Assembly: GCA_964252035.1 (NCBI GenBank) | Contig: OZ176201.1 | Strand: one strand, 5' to 3' | Length of the DNA: 64,000 nt | Source of the DNA: Podarcis erhardii | Taxonomy: Eukaryota | Shown here: positions 36,455-64,000 of the stretch, piece after piece | Layout: each line of letters opens with the position of its first letter | Numbering within the stretch: the stretch's first letter is position 1 | Notes under the pieces: generated by a model | Databases searched by the model: none | The model's input: only the letters and a program-made list of their open reading frames with translations | What the model was told of the DNA's origin: nothing | Program-made: the position numbers and the translations under genes

Positions 36455-37614
36455 TGCCCTCTAAAACACTTTTTGTACTAAGAGATGAAGGGAATTGCAA
36501 TGCAGTTTCACTTTGCATTCCTGAATAATGGTTCTGTGCATGCCTCCATGGCCGTCAACGGAAAATGGGAAGAGGATATAGGCTCCTTCCTTCGTGTTCT
36601 TCTGGCTCTTGCTGGGTGAAGCTGCTGAACCCTGTCTGCAAGTTTGGCAGCTGTCTTAGGAGAGTCACTTTGAATAAAAAGTTCTTTATAGAAAGACTGA
36701 ATCTCTGTATGTCTTTCAAGAAAGGTATCTGGGTGTCTTCAGAGATGCAAGTTATATTTCACTTGTCCTTGGACTGAAGATCTGTTTTATCCAGGTGGGT
36801 CCTTCTGCACTGCTTTCTTCTCTCATTGCTCTGGTTTGCACATCACATTAAACCATATTAAAATAAACTATTGTTTAGTGTGAATGGGCTGCTAAAAGCA
36901 TGGGTGCAAGACAGATGGCTGAACAGGCCTTTGATTTGCTGGAATATATCCTGCAGTTTTATGAAGACGGGAGAAAAGTAGTTTGGTGCTGCAGGTGAAC
37001 AGCCTGCCGTGATCTCTCTTTTACATTTTGTCAAACTTCTTGTGACTTCTGAAAACTAAAAGTACAATCCACCCGCCGCCCCCCCCCCCAAGAACTCTAA
37101 TTCTGGCAGTCCCATTGTGTAATCACCCAGTGCACTGAAAGCTTGATAGTTCAATATTCAAAATCCAACGTACTTTCACAGTGTTCTGTTCTTGCTGGGC
37201 ATGGCCCTGTTCCATAAATGACTACCCATTTTACACTCTGTTCCGATAAACCTTTTTTAATTGCATTTATACATTTGAGGCAGCACTTGCCTCAGTGTCC
37301 AAGGGAACGCTGCTAGGCATGTTAAGAGGGATAGAAGTAGAGGAATCTGATGTGTATGTGGGGAGGGGGACTTTGTGGGTAGTACTGCTTGCATCCTATG
37401 GGGAAGCAGTGCCAGGGCTTAGTGGATTTGAGAAACAAGGTGTGTGCTTGTGTCTTGGGTAGTAGGACTTGACAAATATCTCATGCAAGGACATTGAAAG
37501 AACCTCGTTATCAAAAATATTTGTAGATTACATCCCTACTGCTGGGTGGAGGAAATGTGAGGTTAAAGCAAAGCATGGTAGATTTGGGAGAGGGGCTCTT
37601 GCAGATCTGTGCCT

Positions 37615-59198
<21,584 letters not shown>

Positions 59199-59358
59199 TG
59201 TGAAACACCCCTCCTGTAAGTACTGCTCAAAATAGGTTCCTTCCCCCAGCGAAAAAGCTGTTTATCCCCTTGAGTTGGTGGTACAGGACCTGCCGGCGCT
59301 GTGCACTTTCCCTGCCCTCTGGCCACTCTGACAGTCCTGATGCCCGCTGCTCTTAGTG

Positions 59359-59365
59359 ATTTATA
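59359..59365 (-). promoter_or_regulatory. TATA-like box upstream of the PCP2 first coding exon
   Basis: TATAAAT on the minus strand about 160 nt upstream of the ATG at 59198, with no intervening ATG. Confidence 0.45.
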
Positions 59366-61034
59366 CAGAACTACAGCAGCAAGCACCCCCTCGCCGGCTC
59401 AGTGCCACCCTCTCCCCCGCACAGCCTCACTCTCTCCACACAGGAGATCAAAATCCATATTTTAATAAACACAGGCGTCCAATCTGCTCCCTCCATCGGA
59501 TCCCCGTAATCTGCATAAAGATTATCCTGGATAATTGTCTCAAAAGAGCCAACACACACTTTGTTAGTGAGTGTGTGTGTGCTTATATGTTCCCATGTGT
59601 GTACATGCACATGTGTTGCACCACAAGGAAACTGAGGAAAGCACATGCCTTTCCTTCTCGCCACTTCATTTGTTTTGATCTGGCGTCATCCAGGCTGCTA
59701 GCACAGTCCTTGTTTCTCTTGCCCTAATCAAGCCACGATCCGACTTCTCGTGAGGTCCACTTTCAAGTCAGACATACTACACCTTTGAAATGATACGACA
59801 CTACTCATTTCAGGGCCTGGTAGCTGAGTCAGCTACAGGCCTTAGTCCTTGGCCAGCCACTGTGAATTCTGGCTCAAGCTGACTCACAGCCCTCTGGGGT
59901 GATGTGGGAGGTAAGACTTGGCCCAGTCAAGAATGCACTGCTACACATATGTGTGAACACCCTTCCTAGAGATATAAAAGGCCATTGCCGAGTCTTACAC
60001 TAATAAATGCTTGGCACAATAGTGACAGGTAGTGGCAGTGACTGGCCTGTACTAAGTAAGTAGCAATAAAGTGAATTAATCTCTAATTTGTTACTTCATT
60101 AACAGTTATCTGAGCATGGAATTTCCTTTCTTGCGCTCTTAGCTCACTCATATATTTAGCCCCACACATTAGAAATGAGGGAATTATTCTGACAGTGTTC
60201 TGCCACACCCCTATAGAAGTAAAAGGGTAATAGGAAACAGCCAATGTTCTCTTAGGTAAGCAGGATCTTTCAATCCTGTCTTTATACTTTCCTTTCTCAT
60301 AGTGGGACACGGGTATAAAATTGAACCACGTAGTGGATTTGGTGAGCCCTTATTTCTGGCCCATGGAATAAAAGCTGAAATATATGAGTTGTGGCCAAGA
60401 AGCTTGTGTTCTGGATGTGCTTGCTGCACGAAGCATATAAGTGTTTAAATTGTGGGAAGCCCTTTCTTGTGTAGAAGTTAAAGTTGGAAGATTGATGGTA
60501 GATGGGGATTGTCTGCAGCAGCTGTAAAGTTCTTAAGGGAAAAGGTGGGCTTTCATAGCAAAAAAGTATATGGGGGAAAGGGCTGGGAAAGTTGTTAGTC
60601 ATGAACTATTTACAGATGAGGGCTGGTGGAGAAAGCAGGTACACAGGCCAGCCCAGTCCACTGAGCCTAAATACATCTGCAGTATGAGGAAGAGCAGCTG
60701 AGTGTCAAAGGTTGACCTGGTCCAGCTGGTGCAGTTGGCCAGCTGTTGAGTTCAACAGGTGGCAAATGGATCTTTTGAAACACAGGGATGCCAAGGGATT
60801 TGTACAGCTTTGCAAGAGCAACTGTGGCCCTAACTTCTGCCTCCAGATTAAAGCAGAGCCATATTGTTACTCTAGGCAACTTGCCCAGCAAATGTTGGCA
60901 GCAGGGTCCAGAATAGGGTGCACAGGACTAGTAAGGTGAGTAGAAATTGACCCTGATGGTAAATACCAACAAACAGGGTAGCCTGATGAAGGACAGAGGA
61001 GAGACTTGGGGGCCGGGTCATGTCACTCACTCAC

Positions 61035-61558
61035 TGAATGAGGCATCTTGGTATTCTTGGTGCTGGTGTAGCGGGTGCTGGCATCATAGTCACCAAGAAA
61101 GGCACTAGGCAAGGCTTGGTATTGGCGGCCAGGCATGGACAGAGCCCTGAGAGAGCACAGGAAGAACTTCCGTGGACGCTTAACACTTCCAAGACTCTTC
61201 TTCTTCACCACCTACAAAAATGTCCAAGTCAAAGGATCAGATGGGGAAACATATGAGGGATATGCTGGTTTCCTTATCCGCTGCCCTCCTCCCCATACTT
61301 GCCAGTTTCTTTCCAAACCGATCGGCTTTCTCAGCCATTTGGATTCTCTGGTGATTGTCACACAGGTTGGCCAGGAATGGGCTTCTCAAGGCTTATGCTT
61401 TATGTTCCCCAAAAGGCCACTGAGACCAATTGTAAGCTTTTTCTCCAAATATATCCCAAGTTCAGCAGTAACCTCTTATATGAAAAACTCCCTACCTGGG
61501 CAGACATGTTCCCACTTTGATGATACGATGTTGCAGTGATGGTCTGGGATGCAATATG
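61035..61558 (-). CDS. Two unassigned candidate coding exons (61496-61558 and 61035-61211)
   Basis: Exon A: gtctaattatgtttctctctcag|63 nt|gtaggg. Exon B: gacatttttgtag|177 nt|gtgagt. Both lengths are multiples of 3 and open in the same frame: HIASQTITATSYHQSGNMSAQ|VVKKKSLGSVKRPRKFFLCSLRALSMPGRQYQALPSAFLGDYDASTRYTSTKNTKMPHS. The other two frames of exon B contain early stops. No homolog recognised. Confidence 0.45.
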
Positions 61559-62934
61559 CTGAGAGAGAAACATAATTAGACAATGTAGGCAGCAAGACAG
61601 GCCCCAACGAAAGTGTTGCTCTACCTCAGGACAAGAGCCTCCTGGACAGTCTGGGTCATCCCCATGGAGCTTGCTGAATTTTTTGTTTAGAAATATATAG
61701 TGTTAATTCAGATCAGTATAGCCGTATAGATCTTGATGTTTCATTTCAGGACATCATAACTGTATATAAATTAACTGGATAGTTATCAGGGCCTTTTCTG
61801 TGGTGGCATCTGTGAAAACACTTGCACAATCTTTTCACAGCATCCTGTGTTTGACATATCCTCTCTAGGACTGCTGGCTTTGAGAAAAACCATTAAAAAA
61901 ATCCAGTGAGCTTTTGGGTGATTTTATGGCACTGCATTTTAATAACAAGTTTATCTTCTGGTGTTGTTTTTAATGTTACTTAATGTTGTTGTCGTTTCAT
62001 CTTATTGTTTAATATATTTCTAATACCTTCTGCTGTTGTTTTGTTGTCACCCTGGGAGGGTGAACACCCAGGGGTTGCCAACTTTTTTGAACTTCAGGAC
62101 ACATTTATAATTTTGATAAAGGGATGTGGGTAGCAGTTGCAAAATAGCTGCCATGCAGCGTGTGGCATATTACAAAGTGGCTATTGTTGGGCATGACACA
62201 TCACAAAATGTCTGTCACATCTAAAAGAGCAGGAGGAGAGACACAACCAAAAATGGTGCAGAGGAGACTAATTAAAAAATGTTTGTAACATGGGTATGTA
62301 AACAGCCAAGCATATTCCAGAAACCTCCTTCACCACCAAAAAAAGTGAGTTTGTACTGAATTACCTAGACACTAGGGAGACTGAAGTACTTTGCCATGGT
62401 TTTTATACTTGATGTTCAACAAGCACTGTCAAATCACAGATCACATTTGTCGCAATGGACTGAAATCAGAGATCCAGCGCATCCCATGCCACAGATTTTT
62501 CAGTTCTTACTATTTTCTCATCTGCTCCAAACCACAATCAAATCTGAGTCCACACCTACAAATTTTATATGTCTATAGGTTTTTCGGGGGGGGGGGTGTC
62601 TCATGGCTGCACACCACAGATTTGGGTTGGTGCTAAAGAGCAACGTATCTGTAATTTAAATTTTTTAAAAGTTCATTGAGACGCATGTGTTCTGTGCCTG
62701 ATGCTGCTTTGGGGCATATCTTGTGTAAAGATCATGCTTGTGAAAGAGAAGTTTTCATGTGAAGCTATACTGCATGAATAGACTTCAGGTAAATTCAGGG
62801 CAGAGGGGGCACAGGGCTGCCTTCATTCTACTGAACACCCCCACCCCCCCACACCCTGGTCAACTGGTGAAAACGAAGGAGAAATCCTGAACCCAGTAAC
62901 ATACCACTTTCACAAGGAAGAAGAACAAAAATAT

Positions 62935-63315
62935 GGGGAAGGGCCATAGCTCACTGGCAGGCATCTACTTTGAGTGCAGCGGGAAGCGGGTGGTGCTAAA
63001 TAGGTACCGCTCCGGTGGGAAGGTAAACGGCGTTGTGCTGCTCTGGTTCACCAGAAGCGGCTTAGTCATGCTGGCCACATGACCCGGAAGCTGTACGCCG
63101 GCTCCCTCGGCCAATAAAGCAAGATGAGCGTCGCAACCCCAGAGTCGGTCACGACTGGACCTAATGGTCAGGGGTCCCTTTACCTTTTTACTTTGACTGC
63201 AGAAGGTCTCGGGTTCATTCCCTGGCACCTCCAGGTAAGGGATGGGAATGTCCTCAGTGTGAAACCACAGCCAAACAGCATAGTAGACAATACTGAGCCA
63301 AATATACCAATGGCT
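62935..63315 (+). mobile_element. tRNA-derived SINE (Squam3-like) split by the Sauria SINE insertion
   Basis: A-box-like GGGCCATAGCTCACTGGCAG before the insert; CAGAAGGTCTCGGGTTCATTCCCTGGCACCTCCAGGTA...GTAGACAATACTGAGC after it. Family name from recall. Confidence 0.65.
62974..63188 (+). mobile_element. Internally deleted Sauria SINE nested in another tRNA-derived SINE
   Basis: Short head GGGAAGCGGGTGGTGC joined directly to TAAATAGGTACCGC... and the intact 3' half. 8-bp TSD TACTTTGA at 62966-62973 and 63189-63196. Confidence 0.85.
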
Positions 63316-64000
63316 GGAGCTGGTACAAGGCAACTTCTAACAGTCCTGAGTGAGGCATGCCCCAGAGATTCCAGCGACCCTTTTAAAGAAAAAGTGACCA
63401 TTGGGGGGCAAGCAAGCACTCAGGCTATGTGGAGGCAAGCCAGTGGGTGGGAATCCACCCTGCCATCTCCAGCACCCCCTTTCTAAAATGTGAACAAACA
63501 ACTGTCCGCTCTGGAACAGGAGAAGCAGCTTCAGTGATGGCAGCCAAGTGAAGGGGGTCCCCCCTTTCCCCTGGCACTGCCTCAAGCGTAAACAAAGAAC
63601 TAAACCCCCTTCTTCAGGGTTGTTGGTTTTTTTTAAGTCCCTTCAGGCAGGCCCAAAACAACACTTTGGGCAAATGCTCAGTACTGCAGCTGCTGGCATG
63701 AGGTGGGCCTCACAAGTTCTGACATCGTCCCCTCAAACCTCTATGTACCACGGTCACCATGGCTTGCTTACCAAAGCCTAGTGGTGCCTCTTCTCCAAGT
63801 GAAGTCTCTGTTGCATCGAGACAAGAGGGGAGGCATCCAATCACAGCCACGACCCACTATTCCCGGCATCCAATCAAAACTGAGTATTGCAAATGGGCGT
63901 GCTCAGGCCCACTCTAGGCCTAGCCAAAGAGACATACACCAAAGAGAATTGAAGTAGGCACTGCAGTAGGGCTTGGTGGGGGCACTGGTGCCCATGGGCA

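Noticed and set aside
61038-61256. Plus-strand ORF with RHLGILGAGVAGAGI, resembling the Rossmann GxGxxG motif of 3-hydroxyacyl-CoA dehydrogenases such as HADHA
   Set aside because: Similarity stops after about 15 residues, there are no plus-strand splice signals, and the same bases are better explained as the antisense of a well-bounded minus-strand exon.
62365-62460. Possible minus-strand exon with strong-Kozak ATG (MAKYFSLPSV*) and a TAG|GTAATT donor
   Set aside because: All three frames are closed and the ATG stops at the donor. At most a non-coding exon or uORF, with no supporting evidence.
59200-64000. Expected STXBP2 first exon (adjacent to PCP2 in human)
   Set aside because: No matching start peptide or CpG island is visible; it is probably beyond the window or rearranged.

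Overview
Squamate genomic DNA, probably a lacertid lizard (three copies of the Sauria SINE). Four spliced genes lie in the same order as human 19p13.2. CAMSAP3 (+) is represented by its 3' 15 coding exons, including two microexons. XAB2/SYF1 (-) is complete: 19 coding exons, 852 aa. PET100 (+) is complete: 4 exons, 74 aa, head-to-head with XAB2 across a 277-bp CpG-rich interval. PCP2/L7 (-) is a GoLoco-motif protein spread over about 21.6 kb. I derived all exon boundaries by hand from GT-AG sites and reading-frame continuity; homology calls rest on recalled mammalian protein sequences, not on a search. Introns and intergenic DNA hold L1, L2 and CR1 fragments, several SINE types, hAT and Tc1/mariner-type MITEs (some nested), microsatellites and one 162-N gap. 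The main unexplained structure is around PCP2: a distal last exon encoding a degenerate third GoLoco-like motif, a candidate alternative microexon plus last exon resembling the mammalian C-terminus, and two frame-compatible minus-strand exons at 61.0-61.6 kb that I cannot assign to a known gene. No prokaryotic systems, CRISPR arrays or intact RNA genes were found.
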